64,000 bases of DNA from Candidatus Bathyarchaeota archaeon. GTDB lineage: Archaea > Thermoproteota > Bathyarchaeia > Bathyarchaeales > Bathycorpusculaceae. This document shows positions 48,157-57,828 of this stretch, in pieces. The stretch covers positions 896,001-960,000 of the forward strand of contig OY970280.1 of assembly GCA_963715865.1 (NCBI GenBank), in the 5' to 3' direction. How positions within the stretch are numbered: position 1 is the first letter of the stretch; each line of letters opens with the position of its first letter. The notes below the pieces were generated by a model. The model was given only the letters and a program-made list of their open reading frames with translations, was not told the DNA's origin and did no database searches. The position numbers were made by a program, and so were the translations under genes.

Positions 48157-48996
48157 GTGTGCCTTATGGGTGATGCTGAGAGAGATGGGGTCTGGTTGGG
48201 AATAGCATTGCAGAGTCTCATAACACTAGGGACAACTAAAAACGTGGTTAAGGAACAGGGTGGGATTTCAGATATTTTAGGCGAACTTATCGCGACCTAT
48301 AACAGAAGTGGAATTTCTGGAAATTTGCTAGCCGAAGCTCAGAGATGGGCGAATTATTTTAGAGACAATTATGCAGGAAATGAAAGTTTAAGACAAGCTG
48401 ACTCGGATAGGTTTGTTGCAGACTGCAGTAATTGGACTAAGTCTTTGATGGATATAATGAAGGAAAGGTTTGCTCACCCGAAGGAACTTTATGATAGACT
48501 GCCCAAAATTGATTTCATTCTTGATTCAATCAAGCAAATACAAACAGTAGAGCATCAATTTGTTTGTACAACACCCAATTCTCGCATTATTAAAGAAAAA
48601 GCCTCCGCAGCAATTGACGCAACTAATCAAGGGGATGTAATCCTTTTAACTGGTTATTTTGATAATGCTTTAGTTGACAAATTGAGTAGAGCATTGAGAC
48701 GAGGGGTTCAGGTTCGGTTAATCGTTCCAACCTACCATGCGAATGAGCATGATAATATTAATGCAACTAGAAGAGTTAGAACTGCAAATGGTCAGGTAAA
48801 ACAGCACGATTCAAATCACGCCAGACTAATGGTTTTCGGTGTAAGAGAAGCTATGGTTTCCTCTGCAGACCCAAAGACGGATGGTTTAGACCAAAATTAC
48901 GAAGCTGGAATTTGGACCACCAACAGAACCATAATCCAAAACTGCAAGGATTTTTTTGAAGAGATTTGGAATGAAGCATTAGATTGGAATATGTAG
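48157..48996 (+). CDS. Unknown helical domain fused to a PLD-like domain
   Basis: ALRRGVQVRLI, HARLMVFG (HxK position is HxR), SSAD, NYEAGI, FFEEIW. Confidence 0.78.
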   Translation: MCLMGDAERDGVWLGIALQSLITLGTTKNVVKEQGGISDILGELIATYNRSGISGNLLAEAQRWANYFRDNYAGNESLRQADSDRFVADCSNWTKSLMDIMKERFAHPKELYDRLPKIDFILDSIKQIQTVEHQFVCTTPNSRIIKEKASAAIDATNQGDVILLTGYFDNALVDKLSRALRRGVQVRLIVPTYHANEHDNINATRRVRTANGQVKQHDSNHARLMVFGVREAMVSSADPKTDGLDQNYEAGIWTTNRTIIQNCKDFFEEIWNEALDWNM

Positions 48997-49409
48997 ACAT
49001 TGCCCAAGTTGGCAACTATATGCAAGAACCTGTCTAAATGACGCGAATAGAATCCTGTCATAGTCAGGCAGACTTGTGAACTATCGCAAACATCAAGACC
49101 GAGTCAAAAGGGGAACCCCACGATAAACTCGGTTTCCGAGCTTGGAACTGCACGAAACTCAGGCTAAAACCAAGCTATCACTTGCCTTTCCTATGCTCGA
49201 AGGAAAGAAAAAAGGGTTATGAGCTTAAACTACTTTAAAGGATGCGTTCCCTGAATGCATCAACAAATGGAGTAGCTTAACCCCAAACTCCAGAACCCCA
49301 GACTCCTTAGGGGTTCTTACAAGCAACTGACACCTCGCTTAGCGAGTACACCTCTCCTAAAGGGCACCCCCTCGCAAGCGAGGACTCTGTCTTACAAAAA
49401 AGTAAGTAC

Positions 49410-49703
49410 TTAATGCAAATTATTCTTGGGTTTATAGATTATGAATGTGTCTGGGTCTGTTTTGTTTATAGACCGCTTTGTTTTCCACATACTGCCAGCT
49501 TGGTAGGTAAGTTGATGTTTCATTAATATTTCTTGTATGCGTTTTTTTGTTTCTTCATCAAGGGCTGTTTTTATAGTAATTTGGTACCCTCCCATCATTG
49601 ACAAAGAGGCGTTAGAAGATGATAATTCCAAATAATGACCATCAAGACCACTACAATTGTCAAGGAGTTCCTTCAGAACCGATATGGCTTCTTCACGTTT
49701 CAA
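49410..49703 (-). CDS. Hypothetical protein
   Basis: 97-aa ATG ORF with ordinary composition. Confidence 0.6.
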   Translation of the reverse strand: MKREEAISVLKELLDNCSGLDGHYLELSSSNASLSMMGGYQITIKTALDEETKKRIQEILMKHQLTYQAGSMWKTKRSINKTDPDTFIIYKPKNNLH

Positions 49704-50179
49704 AACAATCCCCTATAATTCTCTTAAGAACTTCTCCTAAAAAAGATTCGGTAATACTCTCTTCAAAGGGAGTAGCATCGCTCCCGACTCCCCCCTTTAG
49801 TTTAAGCCTAAAGGAAACCCCCTGCCTCTAAGGAATAAAATGAGAATTAGATAAGTAACTTTCTTAGAAAGAAAGGTTACAAAGAACAATTACTCTATGT
49901 CTGCACAAGAGTAATCAGAAAGCCGTTTTTTTGGCACCCCAAGACCCAAAAAAACCAACAACACCCACCAAGCCATCAAACCACAGTTAAGTAAAAACAC
50001 CTCAGGTAGCGAACAACTTTGGTGCAGAGCACCACCTTTCGCACCTAAGGACTCTGTTTTTTGCTCAGACAAGAAACAACAAAAGAGGAAAGTGAAAGAT
50101 TATTTTATTGTGTTTAGCGCGCGCGGATGTCTGCATCCCTTCATTTGACTCTCCATTTTTTAAATTCATCCAAGTTTTC

Positions 50180-50650
50180 TTAGGATTGCTTAGGTTTTTT
50201 AAGCATTGAACCAGCATACAGCCCGATGAAATATACTACCACAGAAAGGACAACATCGATTAACACTGTCAGCGCGAAATAAGCGAACCAATCGTAATTT
50301 GTCCACGAGCCCGTAGAGAATGTACTCTGGATGGAGTCTTTGAAAGCAGGACTTGCCAGCGGAGTGCCAAAGAAAGCTACAAGGAATATCATCAGCCCAA
50401 CCGTACTCAACATAACTATGCTGCCTATCGCTTTCAGTCTTGATTCCTCCTTAATCTGAGCAGCAAAAACGTAGCCGACTATCAGCGAAGTTACAATATT
50501 CGAAATAATGCCAGCAACAATAGTCATGGAGTTGTTGTTCAGTGGAGCAAATAGTACGAACAAGACAGCATCAAACAGTAAACTACTCACGAATAATGAA
50601 GCTGCAGCTATAACCACGTCACTAAATTTCAACCAATCACCTCCTCCCAA
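50180..50650 (-). CDS. Four-TM membrane protein
   Basis: Four hydrophobic segments and a basic C-terminus. Confidence 0.7.
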   Translation of the reverse strand: MGGGDWLKFSDVVIAAASLFVSSLLFDAVLFVLFAPLNNNSMTIVAGIISNIVTSLIVGYVFAAQIKEESRLKAIGSIVMLSTVGLMIFLVAFFGTPLASPAFKDSIQSTFSTGSWTNYDWFAYFALTVLIDVVLSVVVYFIGLYAGSMLKKPKQS

Positions 50651-50870
50651 ACTGAGCGCAAAAATCTATTTCATTATTCTTGGCTTAAATAATTTGTGTT
50701 GTTGATTCATTTACGGTTGCATTTTTTTTGTTTTTTTAAGAATGTTTGATATTTCCGTTCTTATTAGGCTTGTTTTGTTCGACGCTCTCCATACTCTAAA
50801 TATCAAAACTAAAATTCGGTTTACTTAACAGTGTCTTCACAACCTGAGTTGCCACAAGAAGTAACCGTCT

Positions 50871-50882
50871 AAAAGCTTATAA
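50871..50882 (+). promoter_or_regulatory. Candidate BRE/TATA promoter (AAAAGCTTATAA) upstream of the second int(N)
   Basis: Lies about 35 bp before ATG 50916. Confidence 0.5.
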
Positions 50883-50915
50883 CTAGACATTAACAATAAG
50901 AACACAGGGATAAAA

Positions 50916-50976
50916 ATGAGTAAAGAAACAAGTAAAAAATTACTAAGGCTAAAGGCGGGTTACAACCAACACACCA
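50916..50976 (+). other. int(N)-like fragment of element B
   Basis: MSKETSKKLLRL-KAGYNQHT, in the same frame through att copy 3. Confidence 0.7.
50952..50976 (+). repeat. att copy 3
   Basis: Exact 25-mer. Confidence 0.95.
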
Positions 50977-51002
50977 GCTTCACAAATCTCACTACTTGGT
51001 AA

Positions 51003-51377
51003 CTAGACTATTCTTATATTTTCTTTGCCAACACTGGCGAGTTTCTGGTCTCTTGTTAGTAAAACCTCATTATTGGCAAGAGAAATGCCCGCAATAAGCA
51101 AATCGTTCTCGTTAATCATTCTTCCAGAATCCCGTAGCTCTTCAAAAAGCAGGGCGGCTCTTTGGGCGGCGGCTCTGTCGAAAGAGTAGACGGTCACGCC
51201 AGACAGGAACCTTTCAGCAGCTTGTTTTCTTATTTTAGTCTTGTGTCTAAGCAACTCGTATTCGGTTATGGTTGTGGTTTTCACGTCTTCTCTCCTTATG
51301 ATTTCTTGGATTAGAGCAACGATTTTTTGGTCGCCCGCCAAGAAATCTATTATGACACTTGTGTCTAGTAGTGTCAC
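51003..51377 (-). CDS. vapC: VapC-like PIN toxin
   Basis: LLDTSVIIDFL, TEYEL, ENDLLIAG, LLTRD. Confidence 0.9.
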   Translation of the reverse strand: MTLLDTSVIIDFLAGDQKIVALIQEIIRREDVKTTTITEYELLRHKTKIRKQAAERFLSGVTVYSFDRAAAQRAALLFEELRDSGRMINENDLLIAGISLANNEVLLTRDQKLASVGKENIRIV

Positions 51378-51631
51378 TCGAATGTCCTTCCGTAATTAGC
51401 CTCTCTTTCGGCGGCTATTTGCTGCTTTAATCGTTCAAGCGTCTCTTTATCATCCTTTAAAATGCCAGCTAAGCTCATGATGTCTACTTTTTCTTCCTTT
51501 GGGCAGAGGTTTTCTTTGATTACCTGTGAAAAACTCTTTTTGCCTTTTCTTTTTGATAGAAGTTCATAAACCTCATTTGAAACTGAAATCTGCCTTGCCA
51601 TAAACATTCCCCATATACATAATGTATACAC
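51374..51631 (-). CDS. vapB: VapB-like antitoxin
   Basis: MARQISVSNEVYELL...SFSQVI; overlaps the toxin start; ATG near 51601 likely. Confidence 0.85.
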   Translation of the reverse strand: MYTLCIWGMFMARQISVSNEVYELLSKRKGKKSFSQVIKENLCPKEEKVDIMSLAGILKDDKETLERLKQQIAAEREANYGRTFE

Positions 51632-51944
51632 ATCATTTATTTAAACTGTGTTTTACGAGCTACTCATGAAAGGTGCTTTTAGCGATGAGCATAGAGCTAC
51701 ACTTTTCTGCTTCTAATTTTGGTTAGCAAAAAGATAGGGCAGAGTAGAGGCTGTTTTTTAGCTAATTTACTGGAACACGGCGCCTCAGAACGCATTTTTA
51801 TTTTCCAAGTCATTTCTTGGGAAACAGACGTTAACTGAATCCCTGCTTATCCAAACGTGCAATTATCATCACAGGCGCCATTACAAAGCTAAGTTTCTTG
51901 AACTGGATAATAACAGTATTCAGTTTATGCTTAAAAAAGGAAAT

Positions 51945-52265
51945 TTACTTTTGATATTTAGGACGTTTGGATTCTCTCAACCAAAATTGAGGGTCATCGA
52001 CCGTTATGATCTGAATTTCAACTACGTTTTTCGGATTAGTTATTGCTTCGCGGAATTTCGGAGATAAATCAGGTTTTCCCAGAAATGCCATTCTGGACTC
52101 TTCCAACTCATCTGCAACGCGTTCACTTTTTTTGTTGGCGTAGCCACGGTACTTTACGCTTTTTCCTTCAACGATAGCTTTATCGAAATCCTCTTTACAG
52201 CACTGCACTAGTTTGGCGCCATCTCGGATGAACCAGTGGGGTGAAGTTGGAGAAGTCTTGGACAT
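51945..52265 (-). CDS. Hypothetical protein
   Basis: 106-aa ATG ORF. Confidence 0.55.
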   Translation of the reverse strand: MSKTSPTSPHWFIRDGAKLVQCCKEDFDKAIVEGKSVKYRGYANKKSERVADELEESRMAFLGKPDLSPKFREAITNPKNVVEIQIITVDDPQFWLRESKRPKYQK

Positions 52266-52647
52266 AATAATCTGTTAGCAATATCGTTTAGGTGTTTCTT
52301 AATTAACATTGTCATTGCCGAATGGTAAGATGCGCCTCAGAATTAGATTTAAAGCAAATCATCTCGAGGAACTGAAATCCTCTTCAGACTGACGTGTTTA
52401 TCATCATAGGCAATTCTAAACAATAATTCGGACAAAAAGAATAAGGTTACTATAAACCTGCGTTTGCACGAATGCGAATAAACAAAAAGACGGGAAGGGA
52501 CCGTAGGATCATTTTTAGCTAGTGAAATTAAGTCTAAAAAGTAGGGAATGAGAGGATAGGTCATTTTTGTTGTTAAGTTTTTCTACCTAAATTGAGGTAG
52601 GTAAGCTAGTTTTTAACTAGTGAAACTAAGCCTATGAGGTAGGGCTC

Positions 52648-53073
52648 TTAGGGTAGCTGGCAGATTTTGATGTCTTTATTGAAGCGTTGAAGGTTTATAT
52701 CTTGAGAATAAACAAAATTAGCCGCTTGGTTGAGTGCTGTGGCCACAATTAAAGCGTCAGGTAGTCTTCCGCCCCTCTTAGCTCGCAGGTTAGCGGCTAA
52801 ATCAGCAATTTCAAACGTGACTGGCACTATCTTAAAACTGTTAAGAGTCAAATCGTTTAGCAGTTTTTTCACTTTACTGGCCTTATTTGCGTCTGCCATG
52901 TAGAATCCGGTTAAGACTTCTGCAACTGTTACGGTTGAGATGATTCCTTCATTCTCCGTTTTCATGAATGTATTCAATATTTTTTGAGCTTTGCTTGCTT
53001 GAGGCTCGATTCCTTCTAAAAAGTAGATGAGGATGTTAGTGTCTAAACCTATTTTCATTGCTGGCATTCCCAT
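52648..53073 (-). CDS. vapC: VapC-like PIN toxin
   Basis: LDTNILIYFL, TVAEV, LPDALIVATA, SQD. Confidence 0.9.
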   Translation of the reverse strand: MGMPAMKIGLDTNILIYFLEGIEPQASKAQKILNTFMKTENEGIISTVTVAEVLTGFYMADANKASKVKKLLNDLTLNSFKIVPVTFEIADLAANLRAKRGGRLPDALIVATALNQAANFVYSQDINLQRFNKDIKICQLP

Positions 53074-53297
53074 TCTTCTCGGAGTTTTTTCTGGTATTTG
53101 ACGGGGTCTCCGAAGACGCCTTTTCCAAGCCCCTTCATCTCAGCTACTGGATTAAATGGTTTTAAAAGCAAGCCCTCTTCTGTTTCGTTAATTTCTATTA
53201 TAATCCCATTTTCAATGTTGAATTTCTTGCGAAGCTTTTTGGGGATAACTACTTGTCCGCGCATGCCAACTTTTACTTTTTCAGACAAATTTTTCAC
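53055..53297 (-). CDS. AbrB/MazE-type antitoxin
   Basis: VKVGMRGQVVIPKKLRKKFNI; overlaps the PIN gene. Confidence 0.88.
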   Translation of the reverse strand: MKNLSEKVKVGMRGQVVIPKKLRKKFNIENGIIIEINETEEGLLLKPFNPVAEMKGLGKGVFGDPVKYQKKLREEWECQQ

Positions 53298-53528
53298 TAT
53301 CAGATAAATATTTAATCAGAGAAATAAAGTTTCTTACTCAAGATAGTTGCAGTTTGTTACTGTCTCGTATTTTGTGTGCTGTTTGATGCCGAAAATTGTC
53401 GTGACAGCTACAAATACAGAAAGAAACTATTTGAAAAGGCAATTATTAAGCCAACTTAGATTTGGTAAAATATTGGTATCACAAATTTTTTACCACAGGT
53501 CAGCGCATTAATAGTTTGAGGGAGTATT

Positions 53529-53738
53529 ATGGCCGTTCTCGAATGCCCATTCTGCTATGAAATCCTTGAAGTTAAACCGCCGGATAGACTCCATACAGCA
53601 TTCTCATCAGTAAAGCCAATATCAAATAGTTACTATGGCGATGTTGTGAAAAAGAAGTATACGTGCCAAAACCCAGATTGCAAAAAATCAGTTACAGTTT
53701 TCTGGTATGCCCCACTAGAATACTTCAACAGAATATGA
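53529..53738 (+). CDS. Small Zn-ribbon protein
   Basis: CPFC and CQNPDC. Confidence 0.65.
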   Translation: MAVLECPFCYEILEVKPPDRLHTAFSSVKPISNSYYGDVVKKKYTCQNPDCKKSVTVFWYAPLEYFNRI

Positions 53739-53836
53739 TAACTCCAAATAGTTAATGCGAGCAACCGACTAGCGTCAACTCTTCTGCAGACACTTCAGAG
53801 TTTTCTCAAGACATAAACAGTATACTTCACAAGTAA

Positions 53837-54106
53837 ATGGATAGAAAGCTTAAATCTAAATTACATCTAATAGAGGCAAAGGCTGAAAATCTCATGGATA
53901 ACAATGTTTTATTGTCGGTAACGGTAAGCCGAGAAAAAGATGAAATTGTTTACAGAGTTGACCGCTCAAGCAACTTAACAAATGAAGAACTCGAATACTA
54001 TCTTGAAGAAATAATCGAAGGCATATGCAAATGGAAACCAGGCGTTTGCGAAGAAGCAGTACAAAACTTCAAAGGAACAATCAGAAAAAGGAAAACAAAA
54101 AAGTAA
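53837..54106 (+). CDS. Hypothetical protein
   Basis: 89-aa ATG ORF. Confidence 0.55.
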   Translation: MDRKLKSKLHLIEAKAENLMDNNVLLSVTVSREKDEIVYRVDRSSNLTNEELEYYLEEIIEGICKWKPGVCEEAVQNFKGTIRKRKTKK

Positions 54107-54619
54107 CTAGTTCGGCGTTCGAGTTACCAGCTTTCTGGCAAAAAAGGTAATTGTTAAAAGCAACGATATCCATCCATGTTAAACTCAATGTTGTTTTTTT
54201 ATCGGTCACACATTTTTTTAAGCTTTTTGCCGCTTTTGCGAGCTGGAATGAAGAAAAACTAACTAAAGAGTTACTAAATTTCCTTGGTGAAAGCGTTAGC
54301 GAGAAAGTTCCAATGCAAGTCCCAGCATAACAACATATGCTTTCTATATTCAATTTTTTTTAATGCTTCATTAATTATGCTCTAAAAATATTCCAACAAG
54401 CAAAGATAAAATAAGCTGATTATAACTATAAATGGCGAAGCATGAGCTTTTAGGCTAAAATTTCTATGCCTGTGTTTTGCTCTGCTTTTCCTTGCGTTTC
54501 TTTCTTTTCTCGTCTCTCTCTTTCTTAGTTAACGGTTTTTCTTTTTTCATTCGGATTTTCTCCGGATGCTAGTTTATGCTGATTAGAGCTTTAATAGCTT
54601 TCGAAAAAAACAAGCTAAT

Positions 54620-54961
54620 TTAAGTGTATTCCCTGAAGGTGTGACCGCACTTTGTGCAACGCATGAATTGGGTTGATGCTTCGTCGCCGCCGCGAGTCTG
54701 CACTTGCCAAACATAAACCAAATTGTTTCCGCATTTCTCGCATTTCATGCGAATCGTTGGCATAGTCGTGATTTTTTGTTCTTCTTCGCTTATAACAGTC
54801 ATAGACGGCTGAGACGTAGGTTGAATAACCTTAACGACCTTAGCCTGTGCCCTATTGCTTGCAGCTTGCTTAATGTAACCGCATTTTGAGCACGCAAGCA
54901 CTATGGAACCTTCAGCTTTTTTTGGTTCAAGACGACAACCGCATTCTGGACAAAACTCCAT
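54620..54961 (-). CDS. tfs: Transcription factor S (TFS/RpoM family)
   Basis: FCPECG N-ribbon; CEKCG...QTRGGDEAST.F.RCTKCG acidic hairpin. Confidence 0.93.
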   Translation of the reverse strand: MEFCPECGCRLEPKKAEGSIVLACSKCGYIKQAASNRAQAKVVKVIQPTSQPSMTVISEEEQKITTMPTIRMKCEKCGNNLVYVWQVQTRGGDEASTQFMRCTKCGHTFREYT

Positions 54962-55138
54962 AAATTAGAAACCTCTCGCGTTATTCCTCAATCAAAGCAA
55001 ACAATACAATATAAGTGTTATTTTTCAAAAGTCAAACAAATTCTGGTTAGAAACAAGTTTTGCTTTCTTAACTGAAGGAATAATAAAAAAGCGCAAATTA
55101 AAATATCCTACCCTATTGTATCAGCAAGAGGGTAGCAT

Positions 55139-55789
55139 TTGGAAAAAGAGGGCGTGCCTATAAGCGAATCGCAAACGATTGACCATGCACTCGCATATTT
55201 GGCACGGGCAGATAAACTTCCGCATCGAACAGAAGCTGAAAAGGTACTGTTTGAACAGATTCCCTCAAGCGTCAAACGTGTTCTCGACTTAGGAACAGGC
55301 AATGGAAGGTTACTCTCGCTGGTTAAGCTAAATAATCCAGAAGCTGAAGGGGTGGCGTTGGATTTTTCCGAGCCAATGTTGGAACAAGCCAGAAAACGCT
55401 TCGCACAAGACAAACATGTAACCATCATAAAACATGATTTTAGTTTTCCGCTTCCATCAAAGGAACTTGGCTGTTTTGACGCTGTAGTCTCCAGCTTGGC
55501 TATTCACCATTTGACCCACCCAAGAAAGAAACAGTTATACAAAGAAGTATTCGACCTGTTAAATCCAAAAGGCATATTCTGCAATCTAGAGCATGTCGCT
55601 TCTCCAACACAGAATCTCCATCTTAAGTTTCTAGCCGCAACAGGCTTAACTCCTGAGACAGAAGACCCCTCAAACAAGCTCTTAGATGTTGAAACACAGC
55701 TTCAATGGCTAAGACAAATAGGATTCACCGACGTTGATTGTTACTGGAAATGGCTTGAAGTAGCCCTCTTGATTGGTGTAAAGCCATAA
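55139..55789 (+). CDS. Class I SAM-dependent methyltransferase
   Basis: [22 protein letters not shown]. Confidence 0.9.
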   Translation: MEKEGVPISESQTIDHALAYLARADKLPHRTEAEKVLFEQIPSSVKRVLDLGTGNGRLLSLVKLNNPEAEGVALDFSEPMLEQARKRFAQDKHVTIIKHDFSFPLPSKELGCFDAVVSSLAIHHLTHPRKKQLYKEVFDLLNPKGIFCNLEHVASPTQNLHLKFLAATGLTPETEDPSNKLLDVETQLQWLRQIGFTDVDCYWKWLEVALLIGVKP

Positions 55790-55901
55790 AGCTTTCAAAC
55801 TAAACGTTTGAAAAACCCTTTTGTGGTTTCATAGTGCTTGTCACTGATAGAAAATATTAAATAATAATTGCTACAACAAAGCTAACAGGAGTTTTAAAAA
55901 G

Positions 55902-56426
55902 ATGACAACCGATATTGAGCAGATAAACTGGAATCATTGGATATTTCGTTTGATTGCATTGATCATCGACAGCATAATACTTGTTATTCCAGCAGCAATA
56001 ATATACTATCTTGCACTATTGCCACTTCTCACACCATCTGTCTCCGTCTTAGGCGTCACAGTATACGGAGTTGCTCCTTGGTGGGCTTCTTTTATACTTC
56101 CCTTCCTCTTAGGAATCTTCGAGTTGTTCTACTTTATGATTCTTGACAGCGTTTGGGGTGGAACAATAGGAAAGAGAATCTTAGGATTGCACGTACAGAC
56201 AGTAAACGGCGGCAAAGTACCCTTTGATAAATCATTTATCCGCAATATTAGCAAAATCTATGGATTCTTTATCTTTATAGATTGGCTAGTAGCAATCGTT
56301 ACCCCTGGAGCCGATAGACGCCAAAAATACACAGACCGCATTGCAGGAACCACTGTTGTTCAAACAGGGCAAGCATTCCAGTCAACCGCGCCTCCACCGC
56401 CTCCGCCACCGCCGCCTCCAAGTTAA
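55902..56426 (+). CDS. RDD-family membrane protein with poly-Pro tail
   Basis: RLIALIID, TIGKRILGLHV, DRIAGTTVV. Confidence 0.88.
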   Translation: MTTDIEQINWNHWIFRLIALIIDSIILVIPAAIIYYLALLPLLTPSVSVLGVTVYGVAPWWASFILPFLLGIFELFYFMILDSVWGGTIGKRILGLHVQTVNGGKVPFDKSFIRNISKIYGFFIFIDWLVAIVTPGADRRQKYTDRIAGTTVVQTGQAFQSTAPPPPPPPPPPS

Positions 56427-56638
56427 AAAACCCCTTTTCTTTTTTCTCAAATAGTTTTCAAGTTAGCTTTTGTTCTGTTTCCGCTTCAGTAAAGCAGTCA
56501 ATAATAGGGTTCCTCCAGCGATTACTATTGCAATTATTGCTGCTTGAAAATACATGTTAACCGTAAGAGCGTGTTTGAGAAGGTGTTGAAGCAATTTGGC
56601 AAGCGCAATACAAAGCTGGCTTACTAGTGTCGCTTAAG

Positions 56639-56980
56639 TTATCGAACCTTAAACTCCTCTAGCCAAACCTTAAGTTGTTTTTCACTCAAGCCCACGCCAA
56701 ATTTTCCGTCAAGCCGCCTGCTAACCTTACCTTTTTCAAAAAATATAACTGTCGGAACGGCGTCTATAGAATAATCATCCCATAATGGATTGTCATATTC
56801 ATTTAAGAGGACGTGAAGGGCGCTCCCAAAGGCAAAGTTATCTACTTTTTTGTCAAAAACAGGAACAAAACTCACACAGTAAGGGCACCATGAAGCGTAG
56901 AATAATACGAGAACCTTTTCATTCTTCTTTAATTCGTCGTTTAAGTCTTGTTTGTTATCAACTTTAATCATTATTCTCAT
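56639..56980 (-). CDS. Thioredoxin-family protein
   Basis: FYASWCPYC, IDAVPTVIFF. Confidence 0.9.
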   Translation of the reverse strand: MRIMIKVDNKQDLNDELKKNEKVLVLFYASWCPYCVSFVPVFDKKVDNFAFGSALHVLLNEYDNPLWDDYSIDAVPTVIFFEKGKVSRRLDGKFGVGLSEKQLKVWLEEFKVR

Positions 56981-57098
56981 GTTAAATCGATTTTACGCTG
57001 TTCATAAACATGCCGTTTTTAACTACTTTAACCATGAACTGCAAAGTTAAGCGACAGCCTAAATACCGCAAGCCGCTAGATGGATTAAGGAAAGAAAA

Positions 57099-57821
57099 AT
57101 GAAGACGAAAGCTTACAAACGTGGGTATCCTGTTGCAATCCTCATAGGAATAGAAAATGATCATGCTGCTTTATGGCAAGTTTTCAGCCAAGTTGCTAAA
57201 CACCAACAAACCATACCTTTAAGCGGTGACAGAAAAGACTCAAAAGCATTATACAACTTTCATGAATCCATCGTGAACGCGTTAAGGCCAACATTGAAAG
57301 AAGGTGTAAGAAGCATAATAATAGCTGCCTCAGCAAAAACCAATTATGCACAAGACTTCCTTAATCACATCAGAGCACATCACACCTGGCTTATTCAAGG
57401 ACCAAACAAAGCAACATTCTCGCCGATCACAGGTTCAGCGAGCACGCCACCGCAAGTAGCTGCCTTAACAAAGACAGCCCTGTTCAAACAATTAATCAAC
57501 GAAACCACGGCTGAAGAAACAGAAAACCTGCTCGAAATCCTTGAGAAACGGCTCAACGAAACCGACAATCTTGTGCTTTTTTCGCTGGAAGAAGCTGAAA
57601 ACCTCATCCTTGGCAAACAAGCAACAGGAAAACCCAAGCCGGAATACCTGTTACTCACGGATAATTATCTTTCAAGAAGCCGCCAAAAGAACAGAGTTCA
57701 CAGGCTGTTGCAGATTGCCACAAATAGAAAAGTTAAAACAAGAATAATAAACGCTGAATCAACCGCGGGCATACGCCTCACCCAGCTTGGCGGACTTGTT
57801 TGTTTAGCAAAAATTGAATAA
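57099..57821 (+). CDS. Pelota/eRF1-like protein lacking the N-terminal domain
   Basis: C-terminus TRIINAESTAGIRLTQLGGLVCL parallels pelota VTVISTEHEAGAKLLALGGIAAL. Confidence 0.65.
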   Translation: MKTKAYKRGYPVAILIGIENDHAALWQVFSQVAKHQQTIPLSGDRKDSKALYNFHESIVNALRPTLKEGVRSIIIAASAKTNYAQDFLNHIRAHHTWLIQGPNKATFSPITGSASTPPQVAALTKTALFKQLINETTAEETENLLEILEKRLNETDNLVLFSLEEAENLILGKQATGKPKPEYLLLTDNYLSRSRQKNRVHRLLQIATNRKVKTRIINAESTAGIRLTQLGGLVCLAKIE

Positions 57822-57828
57822 AATTGGC

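Larger units (their letters stand above)
44461..50976. mobile_element. Element B: 6516-bp decayed cargo island between att copies 2 and 3
   Basis: Bounded by att copies; only an integrase remnant; membrane and nuclease-fold cargo genes. Confidence 0.8.

Noticed and set aside
52512-52644. CRISPR array interpretation of the 35-bp repeat
   Set aside because: Only two divergent copies, an overlong spacer and no cas genes; no CRISPR array was seen anywhere in the window.
54430-54575. Lys/Arg-rich peptide on the minus strand (KKKKPLTKKERDEKRKKRK)
   Set aside because: It needs a frameshift in an A run to gain a start codon, and low complexity prevents a confident call.
56390-56423. GC-rich CCN repeat
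   Set aside because: It simply encodes the poly-proline tail of the RDD protein.
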